This document shows, piece after piece, positions 50,001-62,150 of a stretch of DNA of 64,000 nt (its first letter is position 1; every line of letters begins with the position of its first letter). Origin of the DNA: Vitrella brassicaformis CCMP3155 (Eukaryota > Protista > Chromerida); NCBI GenBank assembly GCA_001179505.1, contig CDMY01000439.1, positions 12,272 through 76,271 of the forward strand, given 5' to 3'. A model generated the notes under the pieces. It made no database searches. It saw nothing but the letters and a program-made list of their open reading frames with translations, and was not told the DNA's origin. The position numbers and the translations under genes were made by a program.

Positions 50001-53000
50001 TCGATACCCAGAGCGTCGCATGCATGTCAGGCGTATCGGCTGCGCACGGCGAGCTTGACGGAGGTCCCCATATCCTCGGCTGAAGCTCTTCTCTCAGCCA
50101 AAGCGGTGGAGACAGCCGTGGATCTCTTCGAGTCCACGACAACATTTGACGTGCCATCGGGGCAGAAAGGGGCGGAGATATTCGATCTCCAGGTCGACAT
50201 TACTCGCCAAACAGTGGAATCATGGCGACTTGAGGACTGGGTACAGAATGTCTCGAACCCACGAATGACCCCCGTAACGCTCAGCCAGAAGGAGCGCAGC
50301 AAGATCCGCCAGGCTGTAGAAACCTCACTTACGTCTGCTGCCTCCCTCGGGAGACAAATCGGAGGCCTCCCAGCCACCGTGGGACCAAGCGAGACCGCCA
50401 CCCTCACACGAAATATCGGCGAGTCTACTGGCCGCCTTGGCGATTCCTCTCTCTACCTGCTGGGTGATCCGGAAAGCACTCTGGAGGTGTCAGGGAGGTA
50501 AGACGCAAAGAGGCTGCATTCGCGAAAGCTGTAAAGATGATGTGTCATTGATTGCAGCAAGCTGGACTGTCAGATGGCGCTGCGGGTGGTGAATACCTCA
50601 TCAAGACTTGCTCTTAACATCTCGGGCACGAATGTCTCAGTCGCGGTACCAAATGTGACGATCCCAGTCCCAAGCGCAAAATCATCACGCCGCCTCCGGC
50701 GACATCTTCAAGCAAGCCAGCCTCCCCAATGCGCGAGTCAGCTTTCAACTCCCTCAGGGCAGTTAATTTGGTGGCGAGATGGTCTGTACTCGGGCGGCAG
50801 ACAGGACGACACAGCGGCGGTCGACGCGACGGTCGAGAGCATGCTGAACAAGCCACAGAGGGAGCTGGAGACAAGCGCTTGGGAGGGCAAGGGCGGCACC
50901 CTCACGGCCGCGGTGAGATGCATAGGCAGATTCACCAAAGGCCCGCACCTCCAGTGTCTCACCGTATGCAGGCGAGATATTGCGACGAAGAGGTCCCGTT
51001 GCAGCTGCAGAGGACGGAAGAGCCTATTGTTTTGCACATTCCCAGACCTAACTCCGACAGCAACAGCCGCCAGGGCACTTTTGGCGATGAGTACGGGGTT
51101 GTGAAGATCAACGGGCGGCTGGAGGTGATGAACACGACCCAGGCAATGAAGCACGGGCGTCCATTCATCATCACGACGCAGCTCGCATGTGGGTACTTCG
51201 ACTATGCAACACAGCAATGGAGCACGGCAGGTACAGACGGTCAGACGGGGAGCAGCGGTATCTCTACTTTTTACCATCGTCGTGTCTCTGCTTCCAGGCT
51301 GTTATCAGAACACCTCCCTGACAACCGCCGACACAATCGTTTGCGAGTGCTATCACCTATCAGACTTCAGCGTCGTGTTCAGGTCCACCTCACCCCACAA
51401 ATGCAGGCAGAAATGAGTGGCTCCCGCATGTTTGGCCTTCTGTGCAGTACGGTAATTAGGGACAGCAGCTTCGCCAGCGTCATTGCTGAATCACAGGAGG
51501 CGCTTAAGCGACTGGCAGATACCCGCGAGTGGGAGAAGAATGTGGCTGCACGATTCATCCTTTTCGAGGTAGCGATCATGCTGCTCTTCCTCGTCCTGGC
51601 TGTCTGGTGGGACCGCACGCACAAGTGAGCAAAGCTCAGCCAGCGGAGGCATCTTGCACAATCTCCAGATGTTGTCAAAATGTGAACGTGCAGGATGTCA
51701 GACGATGATCTGATGGACATGTGGATGACCGACCCCCTTCTGGACAGCAGGTTCGCTTGCATCTCGCTACACCTCCCTTTGACACGTTTTGTTGTCGATT
51801 CAGGTTCCGCATGGACCAGTATATGAGGCGGCAACGAAAGCGATGGCTCGGGCCAGTCTATCGGTGTTGTGGGGCCTGCTGGGACGGCCTTGCATGTCGC
51901 TTTTGCCAAGCCGTGTGCAACCGCCTGTCGGGCCGGCAGCCGACACTGCACCTCACAGAATTGAGAGCGATCAGAAGAATGAGGCAGCAGATTGTCTTCA
52001 GCTTGCGGAAGGGCGATGACCTCCGGAGGGTCGCGGATGGGTACGGCAAGTTGCACGATAGCAAGGACGGGGAAGTCCTTGACGCACTCGCAGCTGCATC
52101 ACTGTATCGCGGCGAACAAGACGACCTGCTGCCCATCGGCAGCAGCAAGAGCGCCAAGTGAGTGTCAGATTCAGCGAGTCGAGCTGAGCGATTTCCCATT
52201 GTGTCTCTTGGCCTCGTCAGATGGAGGGCCACCCCACGCAAGGCGTCGTCCATGCTGCCAAAGAGCCGTCGCTCCATCATTTTCAACCTCAAATCAAGTG
52301 TGCCCAGCCTTCCAGAGCTGGTCTTCAACCAGTTCCACGACCACCTGGAGCGCAACAGACTACTCGCGCCGCCGGCAGCCGACCCCAAGAAGGACGACGA
52401 CAACGCCATGATGTCTCCCGCCACACGCAGTGTGGTCCGTTCACCGCCACAGTCGGGCAGTGACGAGGCTGCTGCAGAGCAGTCGCCGCGAAGGAGGGTC
52501 AGGCGGAGCCATGACGAGATCCAGGCTGACACTAGCGAGGGAGAGGGTATCGATACTGACCTGTCCCCCACACACACTGCGGAGGCCGAGCCGGAGGTGT
52601 ACAGGGGGGACGCTGTCGAGCAAACCCAAAGGCGTGAGTGGGTGGAGGCGGATGCCCAGCTGCCGGCAAGGGAGCACAAGATCTCCGACAGATTCCCGCT
52701 GCTTCGGTGTTGTCGCAGGGAGGGACGTGTCGACCTTATCAGGTGCCCCTAGCCTCTTCCAGACAGAGGAAGAGTGTTCATACGTCTCGCTCCACTTCTA
52801 TGCAGTACCGGTGTCCTTCGCGAGGCGATACGTAGCCGGCTCTTGCTGCAGGTCCAAAGGCAGCAGGCCGCAGCCGTCTTGATTCAACGATGGTGGAGCA
52901 AGGTTCTTGCGGCTCGCCCGGTAAGGCAGCACCCCACATTCCTGTCCGGGCGCGGGTCCGTTGCCCGATCGGAGGCTGACTCCACTCTCTCCGACGGGGA

Positions 53001-55318
53001 TCGCTTCTCCGCCTGGAAGACCCTTAGCCGGAGATACATTGAAGACATGGGTATGAGACACCCACGGCTGAGCACCCTTTGACCTCTGTGTGTGCGCTGC
53101 CTGCAGCTGCGCGCCGGGGCTCAGTGATGTCTATCTATGAGTCGGAGGCCACCGGCAGAACTGGTACTGGCAGGAGTGCGGCCTTCTCGCCCGCATTTCC
53201 CGAGTCCCGGGGCGGCCGCCGCACGTCTCTTCATCTGAGCGTTAGCTCCGTGCCGTACAGGTCTGGGGAGGCCACGCCCGCCTCCATGGCAGCAGCCACG
53301 CCCCAGTCACAGGGCTGCCCACCGTCAGCTGGAGACACGGACGATCTGCACGGCGAGGATGCCGGGGAGGCAGTTGTTGGCGACACTGATGAGCTCCCTC
53401 GTGCGCCGATGCACAACCTCTACCCCCCCAGGCAGGAGGAGTCGGCAACAGACCATGACGATAGTCCGAATGACGCCATCGAGGTTGAAAGCAGGGTCGA
53501 GCGAGGCACAACGGCCGCCGAGACCCGGAGGGTGGGCTTCGAGGAAATCGGGGACGAATCGCCTTCTTCGCTGTCGGGCTCGACAGATGACGCAGGCAAG
53601 ACAGGGCAGGGCAGGGAGGTGCTGTCTAGGGGGACCCCACGTGTACAAAGGAGGAAGAGTGCCGTTGAGCTGTGGGAGGAGGTGCGACAGACAGACAGAC
53701 AGACAGACGAGGCAGATGAATGAAGAGACAGACAGGAAAGCACACATTACATACCGCCGTTCCTCAGGTCAACATTGAGGTAGACATGATCACGGAGCGG
53801 ACGATGCGGCGCCTCGAGTATGTATATCATACACTCGAGCACATTGGCGGCATCCCTCCTCTCCGAGGCACCATGCATCATCATGTTTGTTTGACCTGAC
53901 TAGGTATATTGAATGGCCGAGAGGGAGGCTCTTCCAGCAGGTGCTCCGACGAGACCACCCCCTTCTGAGCATTTTCATTCTCAATCCCGTCCTCACTGGT
54001 AAACGGCGGACGAGAAACACGCCCAGCACCTAGCTAGACCTTGTTGGGCCTCTTCTTCTGCATGTGCACAGCTGTTCAAAGGACGTTGGTCTTCGGTGGT
54101 ATCCTGTTGGGTTTGGTGATGGTATCTGCGGCCTTTTATCGCTACGGCGGTGCCGATAAGACGGAGGAGGAGGTGCTCTTCGAGATGCATCTCGGGAGGA
54201 GCGTCAGCTGGCCCATCACCGTCAGGCAGCTGGCCGTCTTCGTCTGGGCAGTGTTCATCAGCAAACCGGTAAGCCAGTGTGTTATATCCGTGGTTCCACA
54301 ACGGATGTGTGTGTGTGTGTGCGTGTGTGTGTGCGTACAGGTGCCAATCATCATGTACATGTTATTCCGCAAGGGGACGCCTGTCATAGCTCCCGCAGTC
54401 AAGCGGGGTCAGGGCAGTGGCGACCCGTCCTACTTCGCTGACGGCCAGCCTGGGAGTGAGGCCACCCCACCCGGCCCGGCCACACTAACCCAGCGATTCT
54501 TCCAGTCGTTTCGGCCAGCACCAGCCTTCCACAAAGCCACCCACAAAGCGGCAGTCGAGGAGCTCTACATCAGGGAGAAGCGGAGACGCCCTACGGACCT
54601 CCACTATTACACCGAGTCGGCGTTTCGGCACTCCGACATTTTCCCACTAGAAAAGGTGAGAGAGAGACACATCCTCCTCGTGTCCCCTGTTCCACGTCTG
54701 CCCTTGTGTGTCTGTGTGTGCGCAGAAGCTTAAACGAATTGAGATCTGGCGGCGTCGGGAGACAGTGGGCTACACGCTGGCCTTTGCGTGGTGGGCGTGG
54801 TGCATCTACTTCATCGTCGCCTTTGTCTTCTCCTCCCGACTGGCGGAAATGGGCGAGGACGAAGTGGCGACGCCGGAGCCGATTTACCGGGACTTCATGG
54901 TCACCGCCCTCATCGATTTGATCGGGCACCTGCTGCTGCAGCCCATCCTTCACTTTCTGGTCGTCGCGTGCCTCGTGGGCAGTGTCATTAAGACCGGCCT
55001 GCTGGACGGCTTCATTGCCGCGTTCCCCAGGTACCTCGACTTCAGCTTCGCTGGGGCGCGTTCCATCCACGAGCTGACCATCCAGCTGCATGTGATAATG
55101 GATACACACATCATTGGATGGGGTCAGTGAGCACACACACAGGGAGGGGAGGGGAGAGGAGACATGGCGGCTGTCCATCCATCTCTGTGTGTCTGTCTGT
55201 CTGTCTATCGGTGTGTGTAGGTCTGTTGGGCTTTGCTGGGCTGTCTGTGGACCCCTTTCAGGCAACGGGGGACCTGCTGGATTTGGGTGCTGCCGGCCAC
55301 CTGATTCCTGGGCTTTGA
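47047..55318 (+). CDS. Polycystin-1-like receptor B: signal peptide, about 5 bacterial-type Ig-like repeats (DxAGN), REJ-like region, GPS, TM1, IQ motif, TM2-5 block
   Basis: MQRTDAFLALFAFSALLALTNA signal; DLAGN/DMAGN/DVAGN/DRAGN/DYAGN repeats; CGYFDYATQQWST / VCECYHLSDFSV (GPS); QQAAAVLIQRWWSK; RDHPLLSIF...VQRTLVFGGILLGLVMVSAAFY. C-terminal half colinear with receptor A; stop at 55318. Confidence 0.78.
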
Positions 55319-55716
55319 GCGGTTGGTCATTTGGTCACTTGGTCAGTGTGTTCTGTAGCTACGGAGGAGTCTGTGTCTCTCTCTTTCCTTCATATGGGCA
55401 GTGTGTGTTGGATGTGTGGGCGCCATGCGTTCATGGAGGCGTCATATTTGGCCTTTGACCGATTTTGTCCTTCCCTATGTGTGCATTATGGTGAAAGCAT
55501 AAGCCAGTCCATCACTCAGCACATGTGCAGGCCTGTTGCCCTCAGCTACCGATGACGATCTTGACAGCTGCCAATGGCGCTTTCCGGCACAGTTGTTGCA
55601 GCTGTCAAGAACACACCATTCGGTGCCTGAGGGCAACAACAGCAGCCGACTGACACAGACAGAAACCCTCAGCTCATCTACTCACACACCATTCCTCCCC
55701 GCTAGCTATCCCCCTC

Positions 55717-56753
55717 TCAATCCTGTCTCCGCTCCATGGTTGCACAGAAGAAGCCGTCCATTCCCTTGGTCTGCGGCAGGGCGTGGAAGGGCGGCTCGGT
55801 CATGACCAGCCCGTGCTTCTGGCAGAAGTACTTGAGCTGCTGCACATTCTCCTCGTCCAGCACGCTGCACGTCACGTAGACGATCCTGCCCTTGTCGGGC
55901 TTCATGTACCCGAGGGCCTGCTCGAAGATCTCCCGCTGCTGGCCCACCAGCTCGAACAACCGCGCATCCGAGTAGTTCCACTTGATGTCGGGGTTGCGCC
56001 TCAGCGCGCCTGTGGCCGTGGACGGCACATCGCACACCACCCAGTCCATCTGGCCCTGCAAGCGGGAAAGGTGGGGGTGGCTCGGCGGCAGCAACACGTA
56101 GTTCGTGATGCCTGCACAGCACACGAGATGGGATGACAAACAGCCGGGGGTAGGTGGCTTGGCTGTGGTTTTTGTTTGTCTGACTGACCTGCCTTCCTGA
56201 GTCTGATTTTGGCGACGTTGAGCATGTACTCTCGCGCGTCGTGGAGGTAGATCTTGCCGCTGTTCTCCATCTGGGGGCCGAATGCGAGAGTCTTGCCGCC
56301 AGAGCCGGCACAGTAATCCAGCACCTTGTCGCCTTCACGTACACGCAGAAGCAGACACTTATCCATCGATCCATCTGCGTATCTATCGTGGGGCATTCCC
56401 CCACCGGGCATGGCCTGGACTTTGAACGAGACGATCTGCGAGGCCTCGTCCTGGATCTCTATCAGACCCTGCTTGTACTCGGGAAGATCCAACAGACGCT
56501 GAAAACACAGAAGAACAGACAGCCGAAGTGTAGACGTCCACAAGGACAGACACGCGCTGCCTGGCCTGTCACTCACAAGGCAGCCTGACCTGACCTGTTT
56601 GTGGTTGAGCATGAGTCCGTATGGGGAGTTGACGCACTTCTCGACGTCCACCCCTTTGGACTGCAGGAACTTGTACACACGATCCCGCGTGATCTGATTC
56701 GTGTTGACGCGAAGGAACGTCGGCGGCGCCTCGTTCAACACATTGCACACCTG

Positions 56754-56786
<33 letters not shown>

Positions 56787-57277
56787 CCTGTCCGCCCCGT
56801 TGCCCTCTCTCTCTGTCTCTCTCTGCTTGCCTGTATGGCTTTTTTCGTCCCGAGGGCGTTTTCTATTCTTCTGAAGAGGGCCTCTGGAAAGGAGCACCGG
56901 ATGTGCGGCGGGAGTCTGGGGTTCATGGTGTGTGCGCGCCATCGGTCTGAGATGAAGAAGGTCCGCAGCCTGCTGGACCAGGTGCTGGGCGGAGGCGTCA
57001 CATAGTCCAGCAGACCCCGCCACCGCACCAACTCGTAGATCTGCACACATGGCAAGTTGAACCACACACAGACCCATTCACTCATCTCATCTGCTCGCCT
57101 TGCTTCACGTTCCTTGAGGCTTGCCTGAGTGCATATCCAGGCCCTGTCGGCAGATCCCAGCTGCCTGTGCGCCTGGAAGTACCGCTTCAGGTGCAGGTCC
57201 AGCGGCTGCTTGAGCGACGTCACTTGCTCAAAATTCAACAAGGCGTTCTCCAGATGACGCACCCGGAACGCATTCAT
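55717..57277 (-). CDS. RsmB/NOP2/NSUN (Sun) family RNA m5C methyltransferase; multi-exon
   Basis: LRVNTNQ, GLIEIQDEASQ, VLDYCAGSGGKT (SAM-binding), DVPSTATGALRRNPD (motif IV), IVYVTCSVLDEEN (motif VI), MDGFF. Confidence 0.93.
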
Positions 57278-57467
57278 CCCTTGCACATCAAGGAGAACTT
57301 GGAACGCTTAGCTTCGAGCGCGAGCTTGGGTATTTCGGGAAAGGATTTCGCGCTCTGTTTGGGTATTGCATGGCTGCTGCTTGTCTGCACAGTGAGATCT
57401 CCGCCGTTCTTGACAGTTTTGTGTCGTCATTTCTGAAGGAGCCCGATCGTCAGTCGTCGTCGCCAGC

Positions 57468-60264
57468 ATGGCGATGAACAGGCGACAGGCCAAGTCTTGG
57501 CTGAGGACATACATGAGTCCATCGGTTCCCAGATCGGCTCGGAGGTGAAACACTTGCCTCATAGACAAAAGCGGTGGGAGTGAGTCTGTCAGTGTGTTGC
57601 TGTCTGTCTGCCCGTGTGTGTGCAGCTCTCCGAGCACGACGCAGAGGCGGCCCCACACGCACTCAGACTGGGACAATGACGGCAGGGAAAGCCCACTCCT
57701 CAGATCTGTCCTCAGGTGGCCTTGGGGACAGTCAGTCACCCCGAGCCTCCCTCGCCACTCACTCTGTTTCTCCATCTCTCCCTGTTTTCCTCTCTCTTTC
57801 CTTCAGACCTGGAGAGGTATCCCCGTCTGTCGTCAGGCAGGACGGCCTCCAAGACAACGGGCGGCGCGTCAAGGTGGTCGTCTCAGAGTCTGGCACCGTC
57901 GAGCCGGCGGCAGCCGCTGCGGCCAACCGTGAGTCATCCTCCACCCCTGCCATGGGCATTGGGCGCATTACGACCTCTGAGCTGTCGGAGGCCATCCGTG
58001 TGGTGAGGGGCCGGGCGGCTGAGGAGCCGCCCGGGCCGGCGACGAGGAGAGATGACTCTGGCTATGGGGCGTTTTGGTCCAATGAGGTCAGGGGGCTCAA
58101 AGGCATCATGTTCAAAGAGGTCAGTCAGTCGGTGGGCCGGACGGCACAGGCAGGCCGAGAGGAAGGGGCGCTTTCCTCTCATCACTCTCCCCCCTCCCTC
58201 CCTCGTGGTGTCTGTCAGATTCACGTGCTGCTGGTGGTTGTGCCGCTCGGCTACCTGGCGTATTGGCTGGGGTGGGGTGCCAAGTGGGTCTTTTTGCTCA
58301 ACTTCATAGCCTTGGTGCCGCTGGCGGCCCTGCTGGGCTTCGTCACCGAGGAGCTCGCCGAACACACCGGGGAGATCATCGGAGGCCTGTAAGCTAAGCT
58401 AAGCTGCCTAAGCTGAGGGCGAGAGGGCTGCTGGGATGCTCGCAGAAAGGACAAGCACATGTGGCTGTCCAAATGCTTTACCCAGGTTGAACGCGACATT
58501 TGGGAATGCGGTGGAGCTGATTCTGACGATACAGTCCCTCAGGAAAGGGCTGCTCACCGTCGTCAAGGTCAGCTGAAGACCGACTGACCTTGACGATGTG
58601 TGCGTGAATCCCTCTCGATCCCTCCCTCCGTCCCTCCCTCCCTCCCTCCCTGTTTGTTTGTTTGTTTCAGGGCACGCTATTGGGGTCGATCTTGTCTAAC
58701 CTGCTGCTGGTGCTGGGCATGTCGTTCTTTGCGGCCGGCGTGTTCTACAAGGAGAGCGAATTCAACGTCCAGGGCGCATCATCCAACACCACGCTGCTGC
58801 TGCTGTCCAGCCTCGGTGAGAGAGAGAGGGGATGGATGGGCTATCGACCCATCAACACACAACGGCCACGTGTATCTCCGTCTGTTCCTGTGTGTGTGTG
58901 TGTGTGTGTTGGGGTGTGTGTGATTAGGTCTTGCGGTGCCGATGGTGTTTCATTTGCAGGAGGGTGTGCACTCTGAGGCGGTGCTGGAGGTGTCGAGGAT
59001 ATCAGCCTGCGTCCTCTTCACCGTCTACATCATGTTCCTCCTCTTCCAGGTGACAAATGCGCGGGCTGGACGATACACACTGCTACCGGAGACGCACCTG
59101 TGTGTGTGGTGGTGCATTGCATGGGTGCGTTTGGTGCAGCTGGTGACGCACATCCACCTCTTCCAGAACGAGGAGGAGGAGGAGGATAAGACGGCCACTC
59201 TGTCCACCGGTTTGAATGCCTGTGCGCCCGTCTGCCTCACTTCAGCCAGGCGACTGACTATGGCTTGATCAATCCATGCATTGCAATGCCTCTGGGTGAT
59301 TGGCTGGCTGCATTGCGTCAGATCACACGATGACTGAGCCCGTGGTGGATGAGGGACTACCGATCGACGAGATGCCGCACGTCTCGCTCTGGACGGTACG
59401 TCACGTGGGCGCCAAGGCGCAGGTGCATGTGTGTGTGTGTGTCTTGTTCGTTCTGTCGATCTGTCAGAGCATAGTGATGCTGCTGCTGGTGACGATCTTC
59501 GTGTCCATCAGCAGTGAGTACCTCGTGGGCTCCATCGAAGCCGTCACCAAGGCATGGGACGTTCCACAGGTCTGCTCGCGACAATAATCCGCCTCATTGT
59601 GTCCTCATGTCAACAACGGGCTCTTATCTCTTTAGATGTTCATCGGTGTGGTGCTGCTGCCTATTGCCGGCAACGCCGCGGAGCACTGGACGGCCGTCAG
59701 CGTGGCCGTCAGGAACAAGCTCGACCTGACCATCGGTAGGTACCCCAGATACACACACATACACGAGACGCACTGGCAGTGGTCCTCCACTCTGTGTCGT
59801 ATATGTGTGTGTGTGCAGGAGTGGCTGCCGGCTCGTCCACGCAGATCGCACTCTTCGTCGTGCCATTCGCCGTCCTCATGGGTCGGTGGCTGGGCCTGGG
59901 TTGCCTTCATCAACTTACCTCAGGAGCATATGTCTGTGTGTCTGTGTGTGTGTGTCCCTTTGTGTAGGTTGGGCGTTGGGTCAGCCGATGTCCATGGATT
60001 TCAAGCCTCTCGAGACGACCATCCTGTTCATTGCCGTCCTGATCGTCATGGCCGTCGTGGCAGACGGAAGGTCCAACTGGTCAGCTGCACTGCACTCCCA
60101 CAACGACAGCCGCTGTCTCTGTCTGTGTTATGGGTGCACTGCACTGCACTGCCGGCAGGTTAGAGGGCATGATGTTGATGGCGGCCTATCTTCTGGTGGC
60201 GATCGTCTTGTGGTTCTCGCCCATCAATGGCGACGACGGCCTGCTCGAGATGGCCTTCGACTGA
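57468..60264 (+). CDS. CAX: Ca2+/H+ exchanger, CaCA superfamily (CAX/VCX1 type); multi-exon
   Basis: LGFVTEELA, GGL|LNATFGNAVE and GSILSNLLLVLG (alpha-1 repeat); FIGVVLLPIAGNAAEH and GSSTQIALFVVP (alpha-2 repeat); acidic loop EEEEED; DGRSNW|LEG.ML..AY. Confidence 0.96.
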
Positions 60265-62150
60265 CCCCTTCCACAACACACACACGTCTGTCTGTCTGTC
60301 TGTCTTCATTGTATACATCTACGGTGATTTTTCTTTGCCCCCATTTCGTGTGTAAGATCGATGGGCTCTGTTGCCAGGGGGTGCACTCACTGCGGGGGAG
60401 GGGCCATGCGTAGAAGTGCCTATATAGGGTACATATGGGACCACACGTGCTATGTAGAGGGAGTGACGGAGGGGGAGGGACACAGTAGTTAGTAGGGCTG
60501 GCTCTGTAGGGCTGTGTAGGGTGTAGCAGACGAGCAAAGAGAGAGATGTGTTGTGTTGTTCGTATTTACTCCTTTGCTTTTGATCTCTTTTCTAGTCGGC
60601 GGGATCTCTGCTGCTGCACGTGTGTATACTCTGTCTGACGGGCTAAGGGGTTGGTGGTATTGTTTTCTAACCGACCGGCTTCACACTTGACCACTTTCTG
60701 CTCCAATTTGTGGTGGATGAACGAACACTTTTTAACACTTACCGTTGTGTGTGTCTCTCTGTGTGATGGGATGTGATGTGATGGGCGGCGTGTGGTGTCA
60801 TGGGTGTCATTGTGGGTGAGTGTGCCATTCTTCGATCGTTGTTCATTGTATGTGACTTTAAGTAAATGGGCCGGGTGGGGTGGGTGGCGCACGTCCATTC
60901 GTGTGCACGGCATGGCACGGCATGGTGTGTGGTGTGGTGCGTGTCACTCATACAGTGACCACCCACCGGTGCGGTGCGTGCCTGCTTACCGACCGGCCGA
61001 TTGACACCACACAGACCTCATCTCTCTCTCTCTGCTTCCTTCATTCCTTCCTTCCCTGCCTGCGTCCGGATCCATACATCCTCATAGCGTGTGGGCATGA
61101 GGATGTGGTGTCTTCTTTCTTTGGCGGCACGATTGAGCAGCTGCATGTAATGTATCTTCTGCGGATCTATTCGTTGTGCGTGTGTTGACTGATGGCAGAC
61201 AGACTGGCGTCTTAAACAAACAACCGCTTCTCGGCAGCCAGACACACACTCACACTCCGAGAGCCAAGACGAAACGAAGACAGAGCACTGATGGCAACTT
61301 GGAGACTCACTCAGACAAACAGACAGGCCACCCCCATTGAGTGCAGAGACGAGCGCAGCGAAGCAAGCTACGGAGAGAGTGTGGTTGATAGGTGCCAGTG
61401 GGTGTAATGGGTAGGTGGGTCGGTCCGATCGACTGTGTGTACACCACGCCAAGGACAGACAGGAGTGAGTCCCTAACTTTGTTTGTTCGTTTGGGGTTGT
61501 GTGTGTGAGGCACACGCACGCAACACACAGGCCACACAGACGGGCAGCTAGCCGAGCAATAGACACCAGAGCGATGGGTTAACTGCGTACACGACTGAGA
61601 CACGCAAGCAGACAACACCCTCAGGGGGGCATCCATCCATCAATCCAGTCATCCGATCGCTTTCAACAAGACACACACCACGACAAGATCCGTGCGTCAT
61701 GCCATCCATCCGTCCATTCAGCGGGCCATCGGCCTCCACAGCACATCAAATCAAAGAAGTAGATCACACGAACGTAACGACACACATCACATGTCGACGA
61801 GCAAAAGAAGAGAGAGAGCCTCAAGGCAAGAAAGACTAAGCAACCGAAAGGCATGAAACTACACACCTTTGCTGCAAAACGCAAACGAACATGTGACTGC
61901 CATGCATGGACCCGGGCACAAGTCGGTCCAGTCCTGCGGCTGGCGGTGGAATCCACCGATCGTTTGGGTCCCTCCCTCCCGCCCTGTCCGATTGACCGGG
62001 GGGGAAATGAGCCGCCAGCCACTTCACTTGTCAATCCACAACTCCCCAGGTGCACTGCACACACAAGTGCCCAACAGCGTGCCGTCAGTCATACGACCAA
62101 TGGCCCTCCCGACATCAAACATGCACACAAGATGACGTCTGTTGTTGGCT

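Noticed and set aside
60400-61900. ORFs downstream of CAX
   Set aside because: Low-complexity intergenic or UTR sequence with no coherent exon structure.
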